Positions 19,530 to 30,132 of a DNA stretch of 61,328 nt are shown here, one piece after another. The notes below the pieces were generated by a model. It ran no database searches and was not told the DNA's origin. It saw nothing but the letters and a program-made list of their open reading frames with translations. The DNA comes from a virus (lineage: Duplodnaviria; Heunggongvirae; Uroviricota; Caudoviricetes), in the IMG/VR virus record IMGVR_UViG_3300042894_001948. One strand, given 5' to 3'. The position numbers were made by a program, and so were the translations under genes. Numbering within the stretch: position 1 is the first letter of the stretch; every line of letters begins with the position of its first letter.

Positions 19530-19638
19530 AAAAAAAAAGCCCCGTTTACAGTCGTAAGAGGTAGCGAATCTCAAACTGTCAGGTAGGGCAAACCTTGACG
19601 CCTTAGGCACATAAATGTGACGGTCCTAAGTTGTTACT
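19530..19638 (-). ncRNA. Candidate small structured ncRNA
   Basis: Late promoter at 19641-19647; stems ttagg/cctaa, cacat/atgtg, acagt/actgt, gccc/gggc; ends in a U-run. Confidence 0.5.
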
Positions 19639-19643
19639 ATTAT

Positions 19644-20438
19644 TTATCTTTTTGATCTTTCATAAATATATTCACCATCATCGTCGTATACTGGATCTTT
19701 AATTAAAACTAATGCTCCTATTTGTATTACACGACTACCGCCTATAATAGGTTGTTCTGTTTTTCTATCATAGAAAAATGCATGACGTTTTGGATCCATT
19801 CCTACTTGCGCCCAGCTTTTATCATGCAATGCTTCATTTGCTTGCTTAAATGCATCTTCAGGAGATGTTTCTTCCCAAAATCCTTTTATAGTAGCTATTG
19901 GAGTTTTATGAGTTTTACCGGTTGCAATATTTAATGTTCCTTTTTGTGGTAATTTAACAGTAACATTATTAATAACTGCTGCACCTCTATGCGAAATAGA
20001 TATTCCTGCTTTATTATGAATTGTTGGAACCCACACATTTTTATGATTGTATGCAGGAATATCTAATCGTAATTGCACAGGTTCACCATCTTGGATAGGC
20101 GAATTAATAAGTTCGCGTTTATCTACGTCTAATCCACGATTCATATCTTTTTCTGATGCAGGTGTTGGAATATAATCATACGGTCTTACTGGTTTATATT
20201 TCTTTACTAACGCAGTGTATTCAGCTCTAGACATAGTCCCTGCTTCAACTTCTTTAGCTGCTGCTTGTAATTTTGGATGTTTTTCTAAAGTAAACGGTAG
20301 CTCGTAACGTGCAGGTGTTTGTCCATGATCTTTGTTAACGCGTTTATGTTTTGATTTTACTTGTGTTTGTGGTAAATCTGGTTCATTTTGAAATGGAAGA
20401 CCTATTTGGTCACCTTCAAGTAATTCATTGATTCTCAT
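19644..20438 (-). CDS. Hypothetical protein with MRINELLE leader
   Basis: Late promoter near 20461-20468. Confidence 0.7.
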   Translation of the reverse strand: MRINELLEGDQIGLPFQNEPDLPQTQVKSKHKRVNKDHGQTPARYELPFTLEKHPKLQAAAKEVEAGTMSRAEYTALVKKYKPVRPYDYIPTPASEKDMNRGLDVDKRELINSPIQDGEPVQLRLDIPAYNHKNVWVPTIHNKAGISISHRGAAVINNVTVKLPQKGTLNIATGKTHKTPIATIKGFWEETSPEDAFKQANEALHDKSWAQVGMDPKRHAFFYDRKTEQPIIGGSRVIQIGALVLIKDPVYDDDGEYIYERSKR

Positions 20439-20541
20439 TTTGTATCCTTAATCATATTCTATATTTATCATTGTTTCCACTGGCTTTATTTTTACTGTTT
20501 TTGTAGGTAAATACGTTAGTAACTTTATCAAGGAGAGAGAA

Positions 20542-21018
20542 GTGAACAAAATCTTAGTATTATTACTACTAGTATCATCATCAGCATTTTCTGCTGAACT
20601 CCAACACTCATTTAATAGTCCATCATTTAGCGGAATTGGGTATAGCAATCACATTCTAACTATCCAGCAGTTAGAACAACAAGGTGTTGAAAAAAACAAA
20701 TCACTTGCAGATTCATTAGCAGCTAAAGCAGCATCAGCAGCAGCTAATACGCCAGCGGCTAAATTCTTAGCAAACTTAGAATCAAGGATCTATTCACAAC
20801 TAGCAAAACAACTTACTGATAGCATGTTTGCCGAAGGGTCTACATGTACTATCCCAGGTGCAACTTGTGGAAATATTCCAGACTTAGGTGGAAACACGGT
20901 TACATGGGGATTAGGATCAGGTACAGATAATGGACTAATTATTATCAATATTACAAGTAATAGTAATCCAAATCAAACAACAACAATGAAAGTACCGGCC
21001 GGTACTTTCTATTTTTGA
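20542..21018 (+). CDS. Curli assembly CsgF-like protein
   Basis: Signal peptide; ELQHSFNSPSFSG; KFLANLESRIYSQLAKQL. Confidence 0.7.
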   Translation: MNKILVLLLLVSSSAFSAELQHSFNSPSFSGIGYSNHILTIQQLEQQGVEKNKSLADSLAAKAASAAANTPAAKFLANLESRIYSQLAKQLTDSMFAEGSTCTIPGATCGNIPDLGGNTVTWGLGSGTDNGLIIINITSNSNPNQTTTMKVPAGTFYF

Positions 21019-21025
21019 GGTAACT

Positions 21026-21880
21026 ATGAAAAAATTACTATTATTAGCAATTATTCTACTACTACAAGGATGTGCAGCAAGTAGTTCAATTGAAAAACTT
21101 ATAACAGGTGAACAGTTTGACGATCCAATCGTTGATAATACACCGTATTTAAAAAAAGAAGAAAATTATTTAGCTCCGCCGCAAGGTGGACCTATTCCAA
21201 TTGCAGTATACGGTTTTACGGATAAAACTGGACAACGCAAATCAATACCAAACATTGCTAGTTTAAGTTCTGCAATTACTCAAGGTGCTGAAAACTATTT
21301 AATCAAGTCATTAAAAGAAGTCGGTGATAGTCGCTGGTTTGTAGTACTAGAACGCGTTGGCTTAGACAACCTAGTTAAAGAGCGTCAAATGATTCGCCAA
21401 ACACGCGAACAGTTTCAAGGCAAAGATGCAACTATTTTACCTGCTATGACGTTTGCCGGAATTATTGCAGAAGGCGCAGTAGTTGGCTACGATTCAAATA
21501 CAATCACAGGCGGAGCAGGTGTAAGGATATTTGGCATAGGTGGCGAAACACAATATCAAAGCGATACAGTAACAGTGAGCGTGCGTATAGTATCAGTAAC
21601 ATCTGGTGAAATTCTAACATCAGTTGTAGTAACTAAAACTGTACTAAGTTATATGGATAAAGTTGGTGTCTTAAAAATGTTCTCTTCAGATACTAAAGCA
21701 TTAGAAACAGAAGTGGGCGGAAGTATAAATGAAAGTATTAACAAAGCGACTAACAAAGCTATTCAAGCCGCTGTGGTCGAAACTATTAAAGAAGGTGCTA
21801 AGAAAGGTCATTGGACGTTTAGAGAAGCGCCACAGGAGCTAAAAAATGAAACAACTAATACTACTACTACTAATAAGTAG
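21026..21880 (+). CDS. Curli secretion channel CsgG-like lipoprotein
   Basis: Lipobox LLQGC; VYGFTDKTGQRK; WFVVLERVGLDNLVKERQMIR; EGAVVGYDSN. Confidence 0.88.
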   Translation: MKKLLLLAIILLLQGCAASSSIEKLITGEQFDDPIVDNTPYLKKEENYLAPPQGGPIPIAVYGFTDKTGQRKSIPNIASLSSAITQGAENYLIKSLKEVGDSRWFVVLERVGLDNLVKERQMIRQTREQFQGKDATILPAMTFAGIIAEGAVVGYDSNTITGGAGVRIFGIGGETQYQSDTVTVSVRIVSVTSGEILTSVVVTKTVLSYMDKVGVLKMFSSDTKALETEVGGSINESINKATNKAIQAAVVETIKEGAKKGHWTFREAPQELKNETTNTTTTNK

Positions 21881-22613
21881 TCCAGTGTTTGCAGCAAGTA
21901 CAGGAGTAAACAATGTATACATTGAACAAGTTGGAAATGCAAATACAATCGTTATTGATCAAATTGGCGGAGGAAATAATGTCGGTGGCACAGCACTTAA
22001 TGTTCCTTTACTATACAGTTCTAGTAACACTATTATATCGTTTGTACCAGCTACTGCAAGCTCATCAAATTATGCGACTATTACGGGTAATTCTAACCAA
22101 GTAACATTGTCGCACACTGGAGATACTAACTGGGCACAATATAATATTAGCGGAGCAAATAATATATATTCTAGTATCATTAAAGGTAATCAAAATCAAA
22201 CGTTACTTAACATTGGACTTGGTACTCCAGTAAATGCTAATGTTGTTACTGAAACAATTACTGGTGATTTAAACTATGTTATACAAAGTTTAACTAAAGG
22301 TAGCATACATAGTACAATTGATATTAATGGCAGTAACAATGAAGTTACAACACGATTAAATAGCACTAACGGTGTAGTAGATACAACAGTAAGTGGTGGG
22401 TTTAACAGTTTCATTAACGAACAAGACGATGGAGGTATTGGGCATCATCTAGTACAAGATTTTACTGGGAGTTATAACTCTGTTGTAACACAGCAGCAAG
22501 GTACTAACGATTCTATGATAGATATTAGTACAATTGGAGATCATAATACAATTACTGTAAGGTCAACTAATTCAAGCAGTATTGTAAATTCAAATACAGC
22601 CGTTTCGAGGTAA
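21846..22613 (+). CDS. Curlin-like repeat protein
   Basis: Signal peptide; repeated xIxQxGxxNxxx units. Confidence 0.7.
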   Translation: MKQLILLLLISSPVFAASTGVNNVYIEQVGNANTIVIDQIGGGNNVGGTALNVPLLYSSSNTIISFVPATASSSNYATITGNSNQVTLSHTGDTNWAQYNISGANNIYSSIIKGNQNQTLLNIGLGTPVNANVVTETITGDLNYVIQSLTKGSIHSTIDINGSNNEVTTRLNSTNGVVDTTVSGGFNSFINEQDDGGIGHHLVQDFTGSYNSVVTQQQGTNDSMIDISTIGDHNTITVRSTNSSSIVNSNTAVSR

Positions 22614-22614
22614 T

Positions 22615-23700
22615 ATGTGGTTCTTAGTTTTTTTATTATTAGTTGTTAATAATGCTTATGCAGGAATTGGTGCAGTTTCAGACGCTAAAGGCACTGCATG
22701 CAGCATTGAACGTAACAAAGAAAAACTTGCAGGTGATAAAGGCGCATCTATAGAAAGTATGGATGCGTACATTACCGGCGGGTGTGTTAGTAACATTCTA
22801 TTTAAAGATGAAACAAAAGTTAAAATTACAGAGAATAGTAGATTAGTAATAGATGACTTTGTATACGATCCAAAACAATCAGATGCAGGTAAACTTGCAT
22901 TAAAAGTTGGATTAGGTACTGTTAGATATGCAAGTGGGCAAATAGCAAAAGCTAATCCACAGCAAGTAGGTATTCAAACTCCTACTGCTACAATTGCAGT
23001 ACGTGGTACTGACTTTACCATGACAGTAGATGAAACTGGCCAATCTCTTATTGTACTACTTCCAAGTTGTAAAGATGAAAAAGATGTTAAACAATACGAG
23101 CTACAAGAGAATATATGTAAAGTTGGTAAAATTGTAGTTACAAACGATGCAGGTGAAGTAACCTTAGAGCAAGCGTTTCATGCAACTTATGTTAGTAGTA
23201 GAACTGCAATGCCAACTGCTCCGGAAGTTATTAGTTTGGTAGAATCTAAAATCAATAATAACTTAATCATTTCTGCGCCAAAAGAAATTGTTAACGCAAT
23301 TAAACAAGCAGCTAGAACAAAGAAAGATGAAGAACAAGAAGATTTAGAAAAAGAAGCAACTAGACGATTAGCAAATCAAGTAGCTAAAACTCAAGAAACT
23401 ATTGCTGCTAGAATAGAACAGATTGCAGAAACTATACAATCTATTGCACCTTGCGACCCAACATCGCATGTATGTGTAATGTGGGAACAACCTAATGCAG
23501 ACGGTACACAAAAAGGTAAAGGTACTGCATATCGTATAACCCCAGATGAACACTATGCTGAAATAAAAACACAAGGGTATACTTCTAATACTGCTATATC
23601 TATTATTCAAAATGATACTGCTGCATCTACAATGATAGGCGACAGCAGTGGCGGTAATACAATAAGTATTACACAAACTACCGGAGTGTTAAGACGATGA
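22615..23700 (+). CDS. FecR-domain protein
   Basis: ITENSRLVIDDFVYDP, GTVRYASG, TPTATIAVRGTDF. Confidence 0.85.
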   Translation: MWFLVFLLLVVNNAYAGIGAVSDAKGTACSIERNKEKLAGDKGASIESMDAYITGGCVSNILFKDETKVKITENSRLVIDDFVYDPKQSDAGKLALKVGLGTVRYASGQIAKANPQQVGIQTPTATIAVRGTDFTMTVDETGQSLIVLLPSCKDEKDVKQYELQENICKVGKIVVTNDAGEVTLEQAFHATYVSSRTAMPTAPEVISLVESKINNNLIISAPKEIVNAIKQAARTKKDEEQEDLEKEATRRLANQVAKTQETIAARIEQIAETIQSIAPCDPTSHVCVMWEQPNADGTQKGKGTAYRITPDEHYAEIKTQGYTSNTAISIIQNDTAASTMIGDSSGGNTISITQTTGVLRR

Positions 23701-24854
23701 GAATTTTATTTTTCATATTGTTGTTATGGTATTCAAATGTAGATGCTGTTCCTAACTATGTACCACTTAGACCATTAATGTTAGGATATATTCCATCAAG
23801 TATGAATAGTCCAGGTGGTGAGTTCTTTAGTAATGCGTTTGACGGTGATCCTACGACTAAATATCTTAACTTTGATAAACTTAGTGCAGGTGTTATGATT
23901 AAACTGTCACAAGGTAAAGTTATTAGTCAAGTACAATTTACTACAGCAAATGATTCTCCAGAACGAGATCCTGCTAGTTTTAGTTTATTTGGAAGTAATG
24001 ATACATCAGGAGGTTGGACGTTAATAACTTCTCAACTTATTGCATTACCTAATAATAGACTTGCAGTTAGTCCAGTATACCCAATTGACAATACAAAAGC
24101 ATACGTGTATTATAATATAACGTTTCCAATTGTTAAAGACGCAGGTGCTGCTAACTCTATGCAAATTGCAGAAATAACATTCTTGTACGATCAAAATGAT
24201 CCTACTACTAGCATTGACTTAGGAAGTACGTTACCATGGACTACGTTTCCAAGTGTATATTGCTGCGGTGGCAGTGGATCTTCATTTAATGCCGCTCCTG
24301 CTAATACTGCAAAAGTAACGGCTTTTACATCTAGATCAACTACTAACAATCAAGTATATATAGATCAGTTAGGAAACAATAACAAGATTACAATTGATCA
24401 AAAAGGTACTAACAACAATTATGTAAATTACAGCAGTAATGGCTCGTCTAACACTACTACTATTAATCAAACTGCAGCCAATAACTTACAAGTAAACTTT
24501 ATTGACTTAACAGTAAATGGCAATTCTAATTTGCTTAGTATAGATCAAGATACATATACTGCCGGGTTTAGTAAAGGTGCTTTTATAAATATAACTGATA
24601 ATAACAACAGTTTAATTTTACAACAAAAGGGTAGTGGAAATTATTATGCTAATATTGAATTATCTGGTGGTAATAAACATGTTAATGTATTACAACAGGG
24701 TTCAGCAAATCACATGACTGATATTAAACTATCAGGACAACCAGTAGATTTAAGTTTACAACAAAGTGGTGCTACTCAACAGTATTACTCAATAAACTTT
24801 AATTGTGCTACAGTAGGAGGATGCGCACCAATTCAAGTACAACAAGGGCAATAA
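23697..24854 (+). CDS. Secreted protein: discoidin/F5-8-like domain plus curlin-like repeats
   Basis: NAFDGDPTTKY, FTTANDSPERDP; C-terminal QxGxxN repeats. Confidence 0.6.
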   Translation: MRILFFILLLWYSNVDAVPNYVPLRPLMLGYIPSSMNSPGGEFFSNAFDGDPTTKYLNFDKLSAGVMIKLSQGKVISQVQFTTANDSPERDPASFSLFGSNDTSGGWTLITSQLIALPNNRLAVSPVYPIDNTKAYVYYNITFPIVKDAGAANSMQIAEITFLYDQNDPTTSIDLGSTLPWTTFPSVYCCGGSGSSFNAAPANTAKVTAFTSRSTTNNQVYIDQLGNNNKITIDQKGTNNNYVNYSSNGSSNTTTINQTAANNLQVNFIDLTVNGNSNLLSIDQDTYTAGFSKGAFINITDNNNSLILQQKGSGNYYANIELSGGNKHVNVLQQGSANHMTDIKLSGQPVDLSLQQSGATQQYYSINFNCATVGGCAPIQVQQGQ

Positions 24855-24902
24855 CTTTTAGTTAAGGCTATTAGGAAATTAAAATGTAAATAAGGAATTA
24901 AT

Positions 24903-25220
24903 ATGGAAACTTCAAGAGGCGCACTTATTGAAAAGATAATGTTTGCACTAATACCAATCTTATTCTCGTGTATAGTGTATTTAATTAACTCATTGTCCAG
25001 TGCTAATGAACGCATTACTATGTTAGAGGCAAAAAATCAAACTATAGTTACTGCTGATGCATTACACGAAATGAATAACAGATTAGATCTAGCTCGTAAA
25101 AAACTACGTCAAGATTTATTGACCTTGCAAACTGAAAACATTGAACGTTCTGCAGAAAATAAAAGTTCAGTTAAAGTTTTAGAATGGCGTATTTCTGCAT
25201 TAGAGAGTCATCAAAAATAA
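24903..25220 (+). CDS. Membrane-anchored coiled-coil protein
   Basis: One TM segment followed by a heptad-rich region. Confidence 0.6.
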   Translation: METSRGALIEKIMFALIPILFSCIVYLINSLSSANERITMLEAKNQTIVTADALHEMNNRLDLARKKLRQDLLTLQTENIERSAENKSSVKVLEWRISALESHQK

Positions 25221-25221
25221 T

Positions 25222-26007
25222 ATGAAAAAACTTAAAACTTATAAATCAATCTTTATCTCGGATATACACTTAGGTACTCGAGATTGTAAAGCAGAACAAC
25301 TTAACGACTTCCTTAAACATAACACTTGCGAAACACTATACTTAGTAGGTGACATTATAGATGGATGGAAAGTTCAGCAAAATAAACTAAGATGGAAACA
25401 AAGCCATACTGATATCATACGTAGATTTTTAAAAATTTCAAGACAACACACTCAAGTTATCTACATAGCAGGTAATCATGATGAATTTTTAAGACCTATG
25501 CTACGATTAGGAATATCATTTGGAAAGATATCTATTGTTAATCAGTGTGATCATATTGGCGTAGATGGAAAGCGTTACTTAGTTACACACGGCGACTTGT
25601 TTGACGGTATAACTAGATTAGCACCATGGTTAGGTTTCTTAGGTGATAAAGGCTACGACTTTATCTTAGGACTTAATAATCATTTTAATTGGGTGCGTCA
25701 CAAGTTAGGGTTTGGATACTGGAGTTTAAGTAAATACCTAAAACATAAAGTTAAGAAGGCTGTAGATTTTATCTTTCAGTTTGAGATTAACTTAACTGAC
25801 TACTGTAAAAAAAGAAACTATGACGGTGTAATATGTGGACATACACATACACCACTTATTAAAGAGATTAACAGCATTATACTAATGAATGATGGTGACT
25901 GGGTTGAATCTATGTCAGCATTAGTTGAACACCACACAGGTGAATGGGAAATTATATACTGGACGGAGATAAAAAGTAATGTGGACATTAATAATGCTAG
26001 TAGTTAA
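25222..26007 (+). CDS. UDP-2,3-diacylglucosamine hydrolase-like metallophosphoesterase (LpxH/YbbF family)
   Basis: ISDIHLG, LVGDIIDGW, AGNHDEFLR, THGDLFD, CGHTH, NDGDWVES. Confidence 0.85.
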   Translation: MKKLKTYKSIFISDIHLGTRDCKAEQLNDFLKHNTCETLYLVGDIIDGWKVQQNKLRWKQSHTDIIRRFLKISRQHTQVIYIAGNHDEFLRPMLRLGISFGKISIVNQCDHIGVDGKRYLVTHGDLFDGITRLAPWLGFLGDKGYDFILGLNNHFNWVRHKLGFGYWSLSKYLKHKVKKAVDFIFQFEINLTDYCKKRNYDGVICGHTHTPLIKEINSIILMNDGDWVESMSALVEHHTGEWEIIYWTEIKSNVDINNASS

Positions 26008-26149
26008 CATACACGATCCAACAGACGTACCCGGAAGAATGAAATTGTTTTTTCCTACAGAACAAGAGTGTGTGCATGTAGCATCATCACTAACATATAC
26101 AGTAAAATTTGATTGGTTTAAAGTTACTGCCGAGTGTACAAAATCATAA
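25979..26149 (+). CDS. 56-aa hypothetical (not in ORF track)
   Basis: MWTLIMLVVNIHDPTDVPGRMKLFF...; overlaps the previous stop. Confidence 0.45.
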   Translation: MWTLIMLVVNIHDPTDVPGRMKLFFPTEQECVHVASSLTYTVKFDWFKVTAECTKS

Positions 26150-26159
26150 TAACAATTTA

Positions 26160-26237
26160 CTAAATAAAAAAAGCTAGTCGCGATGCACTATCATCCACTA
26201 GCACTAAACATTATATATGTTATCTAAGGAGACACTA
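26160..26237 (+). promoter_or_regulatory. Homing-endonuclease leader motif, copy A
   Basis: CTAAATA, then gctagt-cgc-gatg...catc-c-actagc hairpin, then AGGAG. Confidence 0.75.
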
Positions 26238-26840
26238 ATGCCCAGCACAATTATTTATATAGATATAAAACCAACTTATCTGTATATCAAACAACATTCA
26301 GTAACAGGTTTAAAATATTTCGGCAAAACTACTTCTCAAGATCCTAAAAGATATTTAGGATCAGGAAAACATTGGAAAAATCATATTACTGCACACGGAA
26401 AGGAATTTGTAGAAACTATTTGGGTTTCAGATCCATATACAAATAAAACTATGTTAACTGAATTTGCATTAACCTTTTCAAAAGAAAATAATATAGTAGA
26501 ATCTAAAGAGTGGGCTAACTTAATACCTGAAAACGGTATTAGTGGAGCAGTTCAAGGAAAACCGTGTACAGAAGAAACTAAATCTAAAATACGTGATTCA
26601 AAGAAAGGTAAACCTGGTCCAAATAAAGGAATCAAAGCAACTAAGCCTGCTTGGAATAAAGGCATTAAAACAGGTAAACCTGCACATAATACAGGTAAAC
26701 CGCACTCAATAGAAACTAGAGCTAAAATGTCTGCTTCTCAACAAAATAGACAACATATCTCTTGCCCGCATTGCAACACAACAGGAGTAAACAGTTCTAT
26801 GAAACGTTGGCACTTTGAAAATTGTAAGGTAATCAAATGA
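26238..26840 (+). mobile_element. Free-standing GIY-YIG (Seg-like) homing endonuclease with NUMOD3 repeats
   Basis: PTYLYIKQHSVTGLKYFGKT, YLGSG; C-terminal CPHC..RWHFENCK. Confidence 0.8.
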
Positions 26841-27841
26841 AAAAAATTTTAATAGTTTCCGACAACTTGTTTGATCAAGTTAACGGCGTAGTGACTACGT
26901 TCACTAATATAAAAAAACAAGCAGAATTAAACGGATATGAAATAGAAATTATAAACCCTAGTCATTTCCGTTATATAGATGCTCCAAAATATCCAGAAGT
27001 AAAACTTAGCCGTACCTCTGGTATTAGAAAAATGATTGACAGGATCAATCCAGATTATATTCATATTTGCACAGAAGGGCCAATTGGGCTAGCAGCTCGT
27101 GGATATTGCCGTAATCGTAAATTTAACTATAATACATCCTATCATACAAAGTTTCCTGAGTTTATTAAAAAAATATACGGAATACCAAAATGGATTACAT
27201 ACGCATACGTGCGTTGGTTTCATAAAGATTCAACTGTAGTATTAACTACTACACAAACAATGGTTGAAGAACTTAAAGAACATAAGTTTAGACCAAATGT
27301 CATACCATGGACACGCGGGGTTGATAGAGATGTACTACAACCAACTGCACACAAAGCAGATTCAGACAAAACTGTTTTGCTATATGTAGGCAGAGTGTCT
27401 AAAGAAAAATCATTAGATGATCTATGTGTATTATCTAAAAACGAAAAGTATCATGTGCAAATTGTAGGAGATGGTCCTTATCGTAAACGATTAGAAAAGA
27501 AATATCCATTAGTAGAATTTGTAGGATACAAGTCAGGATCAGAGTTAGCTGATTATTATGTTAATGCTGATGTATTTGTTTTTCCAAGTGCAGCTGATAC
27601 GTTTGGTATTGTAATAATTGAAGCAATGTCGTTAGGTTGTCCAGTTGCTGCATATCCAGTGCCAGGTCCTATTGATATTATAGAACAAGGTCGTAATGGT
27701 ATTATGGATACTAACTTAGAAACAGCAATTGAAGAATGTTTAAAACTTGATAGACACCGTGTATATATAAGTTCATTTAGATGGACTTGGGAAAATTGTT
27801 GGGAAATATTTAAAGACAACTTGGTGCCAAAAATAAAATGA
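26837..27841 (+). CDS. Glycosyltransferase family 4
   Basis: QVNGVVTT, HICTEGPIG, YHTKFPE, YVGRVSKEK, DTFGIVIIEAMSLG. Confidence 0.9.
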   Translation: MKKILIVSDNLFDQVNGVVTTFTNIKKQAELNGYEIEIINPSHFRYIDAPKYPEVKLSRTSGIRKMIDRINPDYIHICTEGPIGLAARGYCRNRKFNYNTSYHTKFPEFIKKIYGIPKWITYAYVRWFHKDSTVVLTTTQTMVEELKEHKFRPNVIPWTRGVDRDVLQPTAHKADSDKTVLLYVGRVSKEKSLDDLCVLSKNEKYHVQIVGDGPYRKRLEKKYPLVEFVGYKSGSELADYYVNADVFVFPSAADTFGIVIIEAMSLGCPVAAYPVPGPIDIIEQGRNGIMDTNLETAIEECLKLDRHRVYISSFRWTWENCWEIFKDNLVPKIK

Positions 27842-29886
27842 TTAAAAAAATATTATTAAACCCCTGGACTGCGCTACTAACAGTTATGTTAGTAGCGGGT
27901 GTACGTATCGCAGATCCGTCATTTGTAGAAAGTATGCGACTAAGATACTTTGATACATTAATTACAAGTAAACCAATACAAGACTCATCTGTTACTACGG
28001 TAAACATAGATGATGCTGCATTAGAGAAGTATGGGCAATTTCCGTTCTCTCGCGACATATACGCACAGATAATTGAAGACTTATATGCTAGAGGTGCAGG
28101 ATTAGTAGTGTTTAATATCTTTATGCCAGATGCAGATAGATTTAAAAGAGATGCAGACTTAGCTAACGTTATTTCAATTTCTCCTGTTGTACTACCACAG
28201 ACAGCAACTAATGAACCTGTAAAATCAGATACTATTGCATTCCGTCCAGGTGTTAGTGTAATAGGAAATGAAGATCAACCATTTACTGTAAATTATGAAA
28301 ACATACAAGCAAATACTAAACAACTTAACGATGTTATTGCAGGTGCTGGTATTGTTAACACTTTCCCAGAACTCGATGGCGTTGTGCGAAGAATGCCAAT
28401 GGTTGTATCATCAAAAGGAAAGTTATACCCGTCACTTGGACTTGACACTTTACGAGTCGCGAGTGGAGATCCAAGTTTCCAAGTTAAAATCTCAGAGCTC
28501 GGAGTCGAAGCTGTTAGAATACCTAAGTTTGGAAAAATTGCAACCGACCCGTTCAGTAGAATTTGGATTGACTGGTCACATAAGCCCACAAGCTATTCAA
28601 TCACTAGTCTTCCAGACTCCCTTGAAGGGAGAATCATTATTGTTGGTCTTACCGCAAGAGGACTCAACAACCCAGTGGCAACAGCTACAGGGGAACGGTT
28701 TCCTCATGAACTTCAAAGTGCTGTATTAGATACACTAGTATCTGGTACTAACATTGTTAGACCAGACTACGCAGATGGGGCAGAACTATTAGCATTTATT
28801 GCACTAGCTATTGGTTCTATATTTTTAACGAGATGGCGTTATGGCTTTATTCCTATTATTATGTTTATCGGCGGCATTCCTTATGCTGCTAGCTATGTTT
28901 TCACCAATTATAGCATTTTACTGGATGCAACGTTTGTTGTGGCTGGATTTGGCCTTGTGTATGCTCATGCTTATACTGTTAAGTTTGTTTCTGAACTAAC
29001 ACAGAAGCTAGCTATTAAAAAACAGTTTGCAGGTTACTGCTCTAAAGAAGTAGTTGAAATGCTACAAAAAGATCCGGAACTAATTAAACGTGGGGTGCGT
29101 AAAGATGTATCAGTTATGTTTAGTGACTTGCGAGGGTTTACTCCAATCGGAGAACACTACGGTGATAACGTAGCAGGACTTGGCAAGTACATGAATGGCT
29201 ACATGGATAGCATTAGTAGACCTATTATAGATAACAACGGAATGGTTATTAAGTATGTAGGAGATGCATCTATGCATATACACGGTGCTCCAATTGACGA
29301 CAATTACCATGCTCGCACTATTGTTAAAGTTGGTTTAGAAATGTTAGATGCAGTAGACGCTTACACTAAAGTAATGGAAGAACAAGGATTGCCGCCAGCT
29401 GCAATGGGTTGGGGTTGTAATAGTGGTATTGGCTTTATTGGAGAAATGGGTTCTACTGATAGACACAGCTATGATATTCTAGGTGACATGGTATCAACTG
29501 CTGCAAGGTTAGAAGCACGCTGTAAAGCATACGGTGTACTATGTATTATTGGTGCAGAAACATACAATAGAACTAAAGATGATTTCTTCTACTTAATGTT
29601 AGATAACTTACAACCAAAAGGTAAAACTGTTGCAGATTTAATCTATACTGCATTACGTACTAAAGGTGCTGATTACAGTAAAGATAAAGACCAACATGAT
29701 ATGATGCATATATTATATAAACTAAAACGATTTGATGATGCTGCTGCTATGTGTAAAAAGATGAAAGGCAGTTTTGGCGGTCAAATGGACAAGTACTATA
29801 AAATGTGGATTGAACGTTGTGAGTTTATGAAACATCAAGATCTAGGCGATGATTGGCAGGGAGAATTTGTAGCCCACGAAAAGTAA
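27838..29886 (+). CDS. CHASE2-domain class III adenylate/guanylate cyclase
   Basis: CHASE2 (VNIDDAALEKYGQFPFSR, DGVVRRMP), three TM segments, MFSDLRGFT, KYVGDA, GDMVSTAARLE. Confidence 0.92.
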   Translation: MIKKILLNPWTALLTVMLVAGVRIADPSFVESMRLRYFDTLITSKPIQDSSVTTVNIDDAALEKYGQFPFSRDIYAQIIEDLYARGAGLVVFNIFMPDADRFKRDADLANVISISPVVLPQTATNEPVKSDTIAFRPGVSVIGNEDQPFTVNYENIQANTKQLNDVIAGAGIVNTFPELDGVVRRMPMVVSSKGKLYPSLGLDTLRVASGDPSFQVKISELGVEAVRIPKFGKIATDPFSRIWIDWSHKPTSYSITSLPDSLEGRIIIVGLTARGLNNPVATATGERFPHELQSAVLDTLVSGTNIVRPDYADGAELLAFIALAIGSIFLTRWRYGFIPIIMFIGGIPYAASYVFTNYSILLDATFVVAGFGLVYAHAYTVKFVSELTQKLAIKKQFAGYCSKEVVEMLQKDPELIKRGVRKDVSVMFSDLRGFTPIGEHYGDNVAGLGKYMNGYMDSISRPIIDNNGMVIKYVGDASMHIHGAPIDDNYHARTIVKVGLEMLDAVDAYTKVMEEQGLPPAAMGWGCNSGIGFIGEMGSTDRHSYDILGDMVSTAARLEARCKAYGVLCIIGAETYNRTKDDFFYLMLDNLQPKGKTVADLIYTALRTKGADYSKDKDQHDMMHILYKLKRFDDAAAMCKKMKGSFGGQMDKYYKMWIERCEFMKHQDLGDDWQGEFVAHEK

Positions 29887-29887
29887 G

Positions 29888-30130
29888 CTATAAATCGTCA
29901 TCAGTTATACCGGCTTTTTTCATAGCAGATCGAGCAAGGCCGGTACTCAACGCCCTCGACCCACGAGGTATTGCAATATGATGCGAATTATCAGGTGCAT
30001 AAAACTTCTCATGTTCTCCACCTTCATGTGAAGTATAACCTTTTTTTAGTAACGCTTTTCTTAATTCTTTACTAGTTGGTATTTTAGTTTCATCTAATTC
30101 AATACTTTCTAATAGCTCTCTTATTCTCAT
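29888..30130 (-). CDS. HicA-like mRNA interferase with MRIRELLE leader
   Basis: LRKALLKKGY...GGEHEKF...IAIPRGSRALSTGLARSAMKKAG. Confidence 0.7.
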   Translation of the reverse strand: MRIRELLESIELDETKIPTSKELRKALLKKGYTSHEGGEHEKFYAPDNSHHIAIPRGSRALSTGLARSAMKKAGITDDDL

Positions 30131-30132
30131 TC

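Noticed and set aside
19530-19640. c-di-GMP-I riboswitch (GGGCAAACC, GACGC and GGTAGCG words on the + strand)
   Set aside because: The words are in the wrong order, and no gene lies downstream on that strand in riboswitch position.
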